NCBI GenBank assembly: GCA_951406725.2
Contig: OX597832.1
Span: 3,534,001 to 3,598,000 of the forward strand
Direction of reading: 5' to 3'
Source of the DNA: Octopus vulgaris
Lineage: Eukaryota
DNA length: 64,000 nucleotides
Part shown: positions 28,235-41,107 of the stretch, one piece after another
How positions within the stretch are numbered: position 1 is the stretch's first letter
Layout: every line of letters starts with the position of its first letter
Notes under the pieces: generated by a model
What the model saw: only the letters and a program-made list of their open reading frames with translations
The model's database searches: none
Told to the model about the DNA's origin: nothing
Translations under genes and position numbers: made by a program

Positions 28235-29087
28235 TTACTTGGAAAAGGATGTGTGGAATTCAATCATATAATAATATAAATAATATATATATATGCATAT
28301 ATACATATGTATATGTACATACTTACATGTATACTTATATACATATGCATGTGTGGGCACAGGACGTCACAAAACATAAACAACAATACATACGAAGTAT
28401 GAAGACATGGAATAAGGACTTTTTTTGCAAGCAACAAAAGAAACAAATGGAAAACAAAACAAGCAACACAAGGAACGACCCTTCATCAGTTGTTCGCTGT
28501 TTTTCTAATCCGTATTTCAAGCAATTCATGACAAGTTTTACCTTTGATAAAACAGTTGCTCCTGCAAAGCAAATTGAATAAAATTTGCGATCTTGCAGAG
28601 AGTCAAGATTGGTGACAAAAACAGGAAAGTGAAAACAAACAGGAAGGGCTGCTAAACCTTAACGAGGTTGTAGTGGTGAATGTGAAGAAACATGTCTGGA
28701 TAAGAGACAGAGAACAATACGTCTTCCCTGTCCAGCTGAAACAGGAAGAAAGAAAGAAACACAAGTTAGGAGAAGAAACATATGCATGTACAAGTATGGA
28801 TGGAGGTCATCTCATATGTATAGAAACATTTAAAAATAATAGAGAGCATCATACTTAATACACATGCTTGTAGTTTCCTCAGCTGTCTTCATCTTTTGTT
28901 TTCTGTAAATTTGAAGTATATATATATATATATAGATAGATAGATAGACATATATATATATTTGTATGTGATCACGTAATCAGGTGACCGACCAAGCCAT
29001 CAGATGTTGCTACACATCGCTGGTCACAAAGTGCTTCACATTGTTTTAGCCTTCAATGATGCCACCCCGCTGGCTAAAGTGAGCAGG

Positions 29088-29144
<57 letters not shown>

Positions 29145-32100
29145 ATGTGTGTTTGTGTGTGTATGTATTTATACATATATGTTAGGAATTAATGAATGAT
29201 CGTTGTATTCATTCAATTTTTATAGGTGAACCAGGAGATTTATCTTTCTTTGACGTTGTTAATGGAGACAGAGGCCATCCTGGAATTGATGGATTACCTG
29301 GAGAACCAGGTATGTCATTGTTACTTCTTTGAAAGTGAATTACCTGTATTTTTAAAATTCTTTTATGTATTGTACACACTTTCTAAGACCATCTTACAAA
29401 TAGTTTAATTTTGGCAGCATTACTTTATATCATTGTTTTCTTTGCAGGTCTTGATGGTCGTCCGGGCTCTGAGGGTCGGCCAGGCTTCCCTGGTGCAGTT
29501 GGTGAACCTGGAGATAGTGGTATCAATGGAATTGATGGCACAAGAGGTGAAGGGGGAACTGAAGGCTATCCAGGAATGATGGGTAGCCCAGGACCAAAAG
29601 GATTTCAAGGAGACCCTGGACTGGAAGGGAAACCTGGTTTGATAGGTAGACCTGGATCAAAGGTGAGTCAAATTTTCAGCAGAAATCTTGATTTTTATGT
29701 AAATTATTTTCTTGTAGAGTTTTGGTAAAGACTCATAAACAAAATTAATTTTTTCTTTAAACATTATGTCTTGAAAATCACTCCTATGTTTTCACAAGTT
29801 AGAATGTGTCAAATGAATAGTGTGTATTATTTAGTTTTAAAATAACTAACAATAAGGCAGTGCCCCAATGACTGGAACAAGTAAAAGATAAAAACTATGA
29901 CACTACTTCTGTTTTGATGACAATCTGCTGTCAAACCTCTTTACATTTGGTATGTAGTGTTCATTGGCTCTATATTTCCTGCTAAATTTATTTATTGGTT
30001 TTGACCACTGATAAATTTTATAACCATTTGCAATATATTTTGTTAGTTTGTTGTTTATCATCACATTATTCATCTAAGTATATCTCAACCAGAAAATTTT
30101 CTTTCATCATTCTTTTTTCTCTTTAAAACAACCCTCGATTTCTCATCTCTTATATTTTACTTGATTTAGTCATTGGGCTGTTGTCATGCTGGTGCACTAG
30201 CTTGAAGACTGTACTTATATTCTGTTTTGAAAGTTTGATACTTATTCTGTCAGTTTCTTTAGCCAAACTGCTTAGTTATTAGAATGTAAACAAACCAACA
30301 CTTATTGTCAAACAGTGCAGAACAAACACACACACACATGTGAGGTTTCTGTCTCTTATTAATACCATGGATGATGGTCTAAGTTGCTTGCCATACTGGA
30401 ACAGTATTGTCTGTTGCTGAACACTCTGATGCATGGATGACAGTCTCTGCCACACAAGATGCACTTGTAAGCTATCCCAGTGCTGTTGGATCAGAGTGTC
30501 CTTTCAGGTGTGTTGTCTGGTTCAGCCTTTCCAGTACACAGTATTTGACAGGATCCAAGCTTAGTAAGTATATATATATAGAGAACAGATTTTTGCCTAT
30601 GCATCATGTCCCCCTCTTCACATCACTGATGGATCTAAAAGTACAGTGTAGCTATTACAATTTGGCACCAATATTGTCACAAGAGTTGCCATGATGAGGT
30701 TGTAGACACTGTCAAATTGCTTCAGGGACTCCAACTCCCAATTTTTCCTCAGAGTCTATTTCTAAAGCCTACCAATGGCTGGTTATGGCTATAAGGCTGC
30801 TGAAGTTTGGAACAAGAGTTTTCCTTCACCTAAATAGGCCCCCACCCCACCAGGTTAATGAGCACCTTCTACTTGGCTGACTTGCTGTGATTAACCCAAA
30901 GCTGGAACTCTGACAGGTGCTACTATTCCAGGTCGCAGTTGACCCAGGAACAGTAATAGCTTAGGGATGGTTCAACACTCTTCAAAATTCTGGAACTACC
31001 AACCCAAGGCCCTACAATTTCCTTCTACCAAATGCCCTCACAAGGCTTTAGTTGGCCTGAGGCAACAGTAGAAGCCCAAGATGCCATACACTGGAACTGA
31101 ACTCAAGGACACACAATTGCATAGTGAGCTTCTCAATTGCACAGCATTCCTGTATATCATCCTTTTCTACAAATATTCAATATTTTGATACTTGTACAAG
31201 ATATTCTCTGTTTTTATTGAATATTTCATATTGTGTCAGATGTTTTTACTTACCTCTTCTACCTACAGAGGACCACTGTAAGACTGAGCTTTAAATGTTC
31301 CAAAACAGTGGTTTACTAATCAGTAAACAATAATGTTGAAAACATCCTCTCTTTGGCTCTTAGATCTTCCAATGCTGTCAGCAGAATGGGCAGCAAGCTG
31401 TCTCCAGACATTCTGATTGCTTGCTTTCCTCTTAGCTTTACTTGGGCTGACTCCTATCGCTATCATGTTATTCTGGAACATACTGTACCATGTATTCTTT
31501 GGTCTTCCACTCAGAATTTTTTCCTCTTTCTGGTGTCCACTTCATCATGATGGTAACATGTCTCTCCTGCAGTAATTAAAGCTCATGGCCAGTAAATCTT
31601 ATCTGTTACATCGTCCCCACATCCTTCAAATTTCCCATGCCAGCTCTTCATCACTTTTCACCCTGACTCAATAAGAGATGCCCAGAATTGAATGTGGGCA
31701 GCATCGATGAAATGTGTGCAGCAATGGAGAGATCTTCACAGTCTTGTTCCAGGTTTCAGAGGTATAAATGGCCATTTATATAACAATAGTTGAGTATAGC
31801 TGTAGTATTATGTCTTCTTACTGATAGTCTTTAATCTTTATATTAGTTAGTGTTAGAATACTGATGTTGCTTTATTTATCCTGGTCTTAGCTTCAACTTA
31901 TACATCACCCTCACTGGACATACAGCTTTGAAGATATGTAAACATTTTTGAAAAAGTATACAGCTTTAAATTTACTTGTGTTATCTTCTTTTCAAAGGGA
32001 GAGCCTGGACAATCTTATGGAAGAGGTCCACCAGGTAAACAAGGTGATGATGGATTACCTGGATTACCTGGCCCTAGAGGTCCATCTGGTTTTGCAGGAT

Positions 32101-33084
32101 TACCTGGACCAAAAGGTAGGAAATTTTTATCAATTCTTTCATGAATTTTATGAATATGAATATATATTCCAATGATTGTTAGAAAGCTAATGTCATTCAG
32201 GCGAAAGACAATTTTCTCATTAAGTGATAATATGAAATGAAATGTAGTCTGCTTACAATATGAGTAATTTGATTTGTCAAGGTATTGTTATATTATGTAT
32301 AATGTGAATTTTTGTTTATAATTGTAGCTTTCTTATCTGATTGCAAGCAGGCATGAATGTATTTGTTCATTTGTCTTGTGTGTGTGTGTATGTGTGTGTG
32401 TGTGTGTGTGTATTAAAACATTTATATGTTGGGTTAGCAACTAAGTTCCCACTGTTTTTTTAAATTTAAAGTTTTTAAGGGGTTTAATAAAAAATAACAA
32501 CTAATTAATCAATAATTATTCACCCTTGTTGTTTACAACTTCTTCCCAATGTTCAACAAGATTTTCAATACCTCGTTCAATACCTTTTACGTGTCCATAG
32601 TTTACACCGGATACATCGTCTTTTCTGCAGATCGAGCAGGGCCATCTACCTGAAGAGGGTTGTAATTTGACAGGCTTCCTACTTACTAACACTTTGGTTT
32701 TTGCTAGGTTAACCCCAAGGCCCTTCAATTCTAGACCTTGCTCCCTAATCTTCGTCTCTAATAGAGCAAGGTCATCAGTATAGAGGAGCTCCCAGAGGCA
32801 GCCTGTCTTGAATTCCTCTGTTATTGTCTGAAGGATTATAATGAATAAGAGGTCGGCTGAGGACTGATTCTTGGTGAACCCCTATTTCTACTCGGAATTC
32901 TTCACTATACTCATTGCCAACCCTCATATTATTTAGAGCATCCCTGTGCTCGTCTATCTCCATTTTCCTTATTGACCACTAGATAAGGGATCGGGGTACG
33001 CTGTCAAAGGCTTTCTCCCAGGCAACAAAAGCTAAGTACAGAGATTTATCTTTGGCTAGGTATTTCTCCTGCAGTTGCCTTACC

Positions 33085-33151
<67 letters not shown>

Positions 33152-33705
33152 TGTGTGTGTATGTATGTATTATGTATATATGTAAATATATTTACGGTCT
33201 CAAAGCAACGAAAATATCTTGCCAAATTAAATTTAAATGTTGAAGTGAATCTAACGTTTTTGTGCATTTTTAAAGGGCTTATAAACACCTTCCGCACACT
33301 GCAAATGTTTTTGTTTCAGCATATGATCTCAGATCAGGTCAGTTGCTATGCAAGCACATCTCTGTAATATATATATATATATATATATTATAATGGTTAT
33401 TGACAATAAAAACACACGCACTATATATTTGGTGTTAATTTGCTTCAGCGTTATTTATTTTTTACATTAATCTTAATCTTATTTCGGCCAGAGTTCTTTC
33501 GTCACACTTCTGTGACCTCATCAGTGGTCCTTTGCTTTCTTCTTTCTTATTTGTGTGTCTCTCCTTACTAATGGTCAGCCATTTTGTATTTTGTATTCCT
33601 AGTGTATGTCTTCATTTTTCGCATGCGTATACCTCTATGTGTATCTATGTTTAGTTCGTGTAATTTGTTTTTGTTTATTTTTATTTCGTTCATGTGTTTA
33701 CACCT

Positions 33706-33766
<61 letters not shown>

Positions 33767-35378
33767 TTGGTTGTATTTAGTTAAAAATTTTTAATGTATA
33801 TAGTTATTTACTTCCATTTATTTATTCATCTGTGTATTTTATTGTTATTAGTTTTGTTTATATTGTTACCTGCAAATGTCCATCAAGTAAAGAAAATGAT
33901 CGCACATGCACTAGGAGCTAGTATAAGAGTTACCCTAAAAGGCCACATGTTTAAGTTTAACAATGAAATATACACCCAGGACGAGGGGCAGCCATCGGCG
34001 TTAGTATCGCCAGTGATGTGGCCAACCTTTTCATGGTATGGTGGGACAGAAGGCTTAAGGAACGTCTGACACAGAACTCCATACTCGTGAACATGTACTC
34101 TCGCTATGTTGATGATATCAACATAGTGGTAAAGGCACCCCCACAAGAGAGTACTGTTGAAATAGAAGTAGAAACTAATACTATGGAGAGCATCCAGCAA
34201 ATAGCTAACTCCATCCACCAGAGTATTAAGGTCACGATAGACTACCCTACTAAACACCCTAACCATAGAGTACCAGTACTAGACACAGAACTTTGGCTGG
34301 AAACTGAGAATAATAAAACCTGAATCCTTCATTCGTACTATGCCAAACCTATGGCCTTCAAATACTTAATCCACCGGAACTCAGCTATCGCGGACAATGC
34401 CAAATTCAATATTTTGATGGCAGACCTCGTCAGAATAATGCGAAATGTGTCCCGCATGTGCGAGCCTACAGAGTTAAAGAGATGCATTCAACATTTCGTT
34501 CACCGCATGCAGTTCTCAGGTTACAGCAATAAAGAAAGGATCAGAGTATACAAAGGAGCCACGAAGAAATTTGATACTATCTTATGTAATGATCGGAATG
34601 GGATTTGCCCACTCTATAGGAGCAAGTCATGGAACACTATTGAAAGGAATAAGAAGAAAATAGGGAAGGCCAACTCTTGGTATGATAGCCACAAATACCA
34701 GAGTGTCATGTTTGTCGACACCACTCCTTGAGGCGAACTGGTGTACCGCTTTAGTAGGGCCCTAGACAAACTTAAGTTAAGGATTAAGGTTGTTGAAAGG
34801 CCAGGCAACCCTATTAAATCCCTAATCGGTAGAACCTACCCTTTTAGTAGAACCCCCTGTACAGATAGGAACTGTACTGTGTGTAGATTTAGCCCACAAA
34901 CAAACTGTAAAGCCAGAAATGTAGTTTATAGTATAAGATGTATAGGGGGACGATGCAATAACAAGACAATGACATACGTAAGATAAACGGCACGGAGCAT
35001 AGGAGAGTGGGTAAATGAACATTGGAGAGAACTTAAGGAAGAAAAGAGCTCATCGGTTCTGTACCAACACGCCGAGCAGGAACACGGGGGCTCACTCAAC
35101 AACATGGAAGTTAAAATCTTGTCTACACATAGAACAGACGCAACAATCAGTCAAATTACGGAAGCTACACACATAATAGAAGATAAACCTAGCCTGAATA
35201 GGAAACTGGAATGGAACACTAGGACACACCCCCAACACACCACAGCATATGACAGAAGAAGATCCCCATAAACTGGTAACAATAGAAACAAAACTAATAA
35301 CATAATAAAATACACAGATAAATAAACAAATGGAAGTAAATAACTGTATACATTAAAAAATTTAACTAAATACAACAA

Positions 35379-35413
<35 letters not shown>

Positions 35414-38035
35414 GTAGGTGTAAACACATGAACAAAATAAAAATAAACAAAAACAAATTACACGAACGTGTATAAACAGGAGATACAAATATTACAGGCA
35501 CTCCACCCCACACACTAACTAAACATAGACACATAGAGGTATACGCATACGAAAAATGAAGACATATACAATAGGAATACAAAATGACTGACCGTTAGTA
35601 AGGAGAGACACAAAAATAAGAAGGAAGAAAGCAAAGGACCACTGATGAGGTCACAGAAGTGTGACGAAAGAACTCTGGCCGAAATAAGATTAAGATTAAT
35701 GTAAAAAATAAATAACGCTGAAGCAAATTAACACCAAATATATAGTGCGTGTGTTTTTACTGGCTAAACTGGCAAAATGACCATTCCTAAATACAACATC
35801 TGTTTCAACACACAATTTCACATCAAGAATCTTGCAAAACAAATATATGAACGTAAATAAATATTATAGAAATTCTATTACTTGTAGTAATTTATTGTAA
35901 AATATACTCCTGTCAGTACTAGTATAATAAAACATATTTTATGCCAAATGTGAGTTAAAAGTCTAGAATAAATATTACTTAGTAAATAGAACTACTTACG
36001 TTAAAAACTTAGTGAATAAAAGAAGTAAAAAGGTATATTACTTTACGACACAAGGTTGAATCCTGCAAGTTCAAGAGCAAATGTCAGACGCTAAGTATTA
36101 TGGGAATTGGGTATAACATAAAAGAATAAAATAAAATACTTTGGAAAATATTCTAAAAATAATATTATAAGAGAGGTTGAAGTCAAGAGATAATAACTAA
36201 AAATGGGGCTATAATCGTAAAGTTAGCTATGCATGGAGTCTTAAAGTGTTGTAGATTTTGAGATTTATGTTACATAAATGTGGCATGACTATTCATTTAG
36301 AGGTAATATTGTTTAATAAATACTTAGTTCTTATTATATACGTATATAATACTATTATGAATACTATTGAAACTTCTAGTAACTATATTCATCATAAGTG
36401 TGTGGAGATGATATGCTGGTGGGGGTTTATTTAGCATATTTTCATTTTATTATATGTAAAGCTATTCCTATTATTTTATTCCTCTCTCTTCATTAGTGTT
36501 TAAAAATAACTCTATCGACTGGAGCATTTTCATAAACTCTGTTGTACATAATAAGCATGTTTTGTTACCTATTTTATACGAGTTCGCTCTACAAATAATA
36601 TACCAATTAAGGGTGTACTCTATTTTATTAGATTTTAACTTCCATATGTATTTACTTAGACCTGTAGAAGTTTTTTAATTTGGGATTTTTAAAAGACTGA
36701 TAATGCTGAGAAATTCTTTTAATTTCGTTCGCTGTGGATCCAATATATTCTTTATTATTAATATTGTTGTTGTTGTTGTTATTGTTAGCGGTTACTATAC
36801 ATTTATAAATTTCGTTATCTAGATTGATCTTTTCATGTGCAAACGAGAACCTTAAGTACATTAATGCCCTTAGCAACCATCCTAGCTCAGTTAAAAAAGC
36901 ATTAATAGAGGTCTGTAATTAATATTGGTCTGTAATTATTAAAGAATTTAATTTTTGAATTATAGCCTGCTTCTTTTAGTGCACTATTATAGTAAGAGGC
37001 ATATTTATTGAAAGTATCAATATCCGAGGATAACATAGAAATTCTTTTACTTATATTCTCTATTAATGCTTTTTTAACTGAGCTAGGATGGTTACTAAGG
37101 GCATTAATGTACTTAAGGTTCTCGTTTAACTTATGGAAAGGGTGGGTTATATTAGTTACCAAGTTTAGGTTTGCATCTAGGTAGTTAACCGTGGAATATT
37201 CTTTCTCTATAGAGATATCTAAACCATAATTCTTAAAGAATTTGTATATTTTTTTCATGTTTTCTAATGATCTATTGGTGCAGTTTCTAGTTATAAGGAG
37301 TAGGTCGTCCCTATATAGACCTCCCTCTATGTTAAGGTGTTCTAACTCAAGTTCAGATAATAGGTACACTCCTACTAGATCTGTTACTTGGGTAGAGTCT
37401 GGGGCACCCATGGCTCTATGTTTCCTAGCCCATATTTTATTTTTATATCTAATTAGGGATTTCCTCGCTGTCAGCACTATTTTAACTTCATCATATGTCA
37501 TCTTAACCAATTTCATAACATAAAAGGGCCTTATAAAGAATAATCTCGTTAATAGATGAATACTAATTTTCTATATCTATTTGGATGATGAACTTGCGGC
37601 TATTTTTATCTTTGATATTTTTGAACCAATTTAACGTATCTCGGGTACAACTCCAGAGTTTAATTTTATTTAACATATTAAGTTTATCCATATATTTATC
37701 TAGTATAAGTTTACAGAGTCTTCCAATATCGGACTTACATGGGCATATCAGTCTTACTTATGGGTTAGAATGAAAATTGTTTTTATGGTCCTTAATGGTT
37801 ATTCTAAGATGCATAGGGGCATATGATTCTGTTCAATTTTCTAAATCATATTTCGTCATGATTTCCTGTATAAATCAAGCATAAACCACTAGTTTACCCC
37901 AGCTCATATATAATACTCAATTGAGAGATTGTCATGCAATAACTAGCACTTGGCCATAAATAACTGGTTACACTACAAGTAGTATATTGGATAGATACTA
38001 TCCCTTGTTTTCTCAAACTCTAACTCACACAGATG

Positions 38036-38088
<53 letters not shown>

Positions 38089-38270
38089 CAATTGCAGCGT
38101 GGAAGATGTTTATAAGCCATTTAAGAAACACACAAAATCCGTTATGTTCACTTCAACATTTAAATTTAATTTGTCAAAATATTTTCGGTGCTTTGAGGCC
38201 ACGACCTGTTCACTGACAAAATTCTGTGCTATTATAATATATATAATATAATATAATATATATTATAATG

Positions 38271-38314
<44 letters not shown>

Positions 38315-38491
38315 AATTGCAGTATTTTATATAAAAATAAGGTACAAAATAAGGTACATATTAATGACAGATATAAACATTAACACACTTCCCTTGCACA
38401 TGCACACACATACACACATATATTTACACAGAGTTGAAATGCTGTCTGATTTTTCTTTTCAGCATTGAATGTTCACCATCCCACTTCTATT

Positions 38492-38529
<38 letters not shown>

Positions 38530-41060
38530 ACTAACATTCACATGACTCCCTTTTACGTACACACATTTATACTCTCACTCAGTTGAAACACTGATTTTTT
38601 CACCATAGAATTTCCATCATTCCCCTACCAAATTTGTCATCACACTTTCCTTCCTTGTTCATCTATCACCCCTTCCTTTCTTATTCATATGTTGTGACAG
38701 AGTAATGCACAAGAGTATTATTATAGTAGAAGATATGGATGCTAAATCAAATTAATATACTTGTCAGTGTTCACATACATTCACATACTTCCCTTGCGCA
38801 CACACATACACATTCATATACCTCCTTTTACAAATACATATACACACAGAATTGAAATGCTGATTTTTGTCTTCACTCCTTCACTTGTTATTCATCTAGC
38901 ACCCCTTCCTTCTTTTCTCATTTATAAGTTTTGATGGGCAAAACCACAAAAGTGTTATCATAGTAGAAGATACACAACTTGCTATTTGCCACTTCCTCTC
39001 TCTCATTGCTATTACTTTCTCTCACTCCCTCTCAGTCATGGCTATTATTCCCACGACTTCTCCTTTATTGAATTACTATTTTCTCTCCTCTTCCTTCACT
39101 TATACTATTTCTCCTACTCTCACCTGCATGATTTTGGACATATATATCATGAAAATACTACACTCAATATTATATTAGGAGATTATATTTATAATAATTC
39201 CCTATATGTCAAAGAAATATTCCTCAATGGTGTTGGCGAGATTAAACCAGTGAAATTTTGGATATAATAATCCCTTATTAGGATAAGATGTCCTCACATT
39301 GTCTACACACACACACATATATATGTATACATAACCCTTTAATCAGGAGAGAAGACAGTCCCTATGATCATTACAGGGTCTTCAAGGCTAGTGGGAGAGA
39401 CAGCAAGGGGGAGATATCTCCAAGCAAGAAGTTTTGTCTGAATGCTTGCAATAGAGTTGGGTCTGCTCACTTATGACACTAAATGGTGCTGTTCAACTGG
39501 ATGAGAAATTAAGTCTACCACTCAATATATTGTGTGTATCTATTTATCTATCTGTGTGTGTGTGTGTGTGTGTGTGTTATGTATAAATAATTCAGATTAA
39601 TGGTGTAAGATGTGTATGACATCTAACAGAAGAGAGCAAATACGAACAAGGATAAACCAATCTTATCAGCCAACTTTAGTTGCAGAATAATTATGATTTT
39701 TAGTGCTTGAAAAATGTTGCTGTTTGGTTTGTGTGTGGGATGTGAAATTTCATGCAGATGATACCATTTTTCAACTTTTGTCTTACTTTCTCATCCAAGT
39801 GTTATTAAAATGCAGCCCAGATGTCTCACAGCAAATTTACACCACTATCTTTGTGAGCAGAAACTTCAATGACATTTCCAGTTGTGTCTTGTTCAATCTT
39901 GCCTCTTTCAAAATAGCACAAAAATCACTTTTAATGCTCACTTTCCCATGCTTGCAAGGATTAAATGGAGTTTATTGAAGCAGATTTGCTGAACTGAATA
40001 CCCTTCCAGTTCCTTTAATTTCCCTGTTTTCCAGAAAGATAATATTTCCCCATGACCAGGCCATTTGTGTTTATCTATCCTGGTGTCCTACATCTTCAAT
40101 ATAGCAAGAAAAAAAAACATGATCACTAGGGTTCAGCATTCCTTCATTCCTCTGTAGGCATAGAAAATACTTCAGCCTATAGCAGTTGCTTGTTTCCTGC
40201 CAAAGAGAGACACAAATTGGAATAAAGTTGCAATATCTGAGACAGAATTCTTTACAGCACTCAGACATTGCAGATTGCTAAAAAAAAAAAAAAGTCATGC
40301 AAATAATTGGCATAGAGTCACTCCCACCAGCTTCTGGCTCACAAATGTACTGTCTCCTTAGTTTGCTTTTCTTCTGCCACTCTTATTTTGGTCTCTACTT
40401 CTTAGTGTTGGTTGGTCTCATTCCATTTCCATCCAAACCCAACTGAGTGACACTTTTCCAATATTTTTCTCTATAGAACATCAGTCCTTTAGAATTCTTT
40501 TCTGCAGTCTTTGACATACAGTTTAAGAAGAACATCAACTGCATCAACTTCTGTGGTGTTAGAGAGCCTGTGAAGCCATGAGCCTTTCTCCAAATCAGAC
40601 AATTGAACAAATAAAAGAACATACCCCTACAAAGATGAGTTGAGAGTGTCATTGATTACTGATAGGATTATCTAGTCATTTATGATTTGAAGCAATAAAA
40701 GAAAAAATATAACATTATCCGCAGATGCATATATGCAGGCATGCATGCATATATGTATGTCTGTTTGTTTTTCCTGTGAGTTTTATAAAAGTTCTTGAGA
40801 GAGTTCGAGTTGGTTGCTAACAAAGTGACATGGCTTGTTGAGTTGAGAGAGTTCCTGGTGTAAATATATGGTTGAGTTGGTGTGTTAGTTGAACTGTCAA
40901 TGCATACACCCTAGCATGTGCATCTATTCACATAAGAATCTCAGATGGAGAATTTCTGGAATGTCTTACAAGTTTTCATTGTACCACTAATAAAATGTAT
41001 GTATGTACACACACGTGTCTATGTATGAATTTATGCATACATGTATGTATGGTATGCATG

Positions 41061-41107
<47 letters not shown>

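Larger units (their letters stand above)
33407..35860 (+). mobile_element. Penelope-like retroelement (RT + C-terminal GIY-YIG), 5'-truncated, with inverted pseudo-LTR arms
   Basis: ORF remnant 33871-35270: RT ([22 protein letters not shown]), Cys-rich linker CTDRNCTVC...C, GIY-YIG-like VVYSIRC...TYV.*TAR...EH; one frameshift and three in-frame stops; arms 33407-33870 and 35275-35759 are reverse complements. Confidence 0.9.

Noticed and set aside
28460-28560. CUGAUGA and GAAA words on the minus strand as a hammerhead
   Set aside because: Stems I and III could not be paired convincingly; at most a decayed remnant
34321-34731. Two in-frame TGA codons in the PLE ORF as possible selenocysteine recoding
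   Set aside because: They are not at evident Cys positions, the same frame also has a TAA and an upstream frameshift, and I saw no SECIS; ordinary decay is simpler
39660-40660. Moderately complex stretch with short ORFs, as a nested gene
   Set aside because: No recognisable motif or consistent splice structure; probably an old repeat, not classifiable by eye
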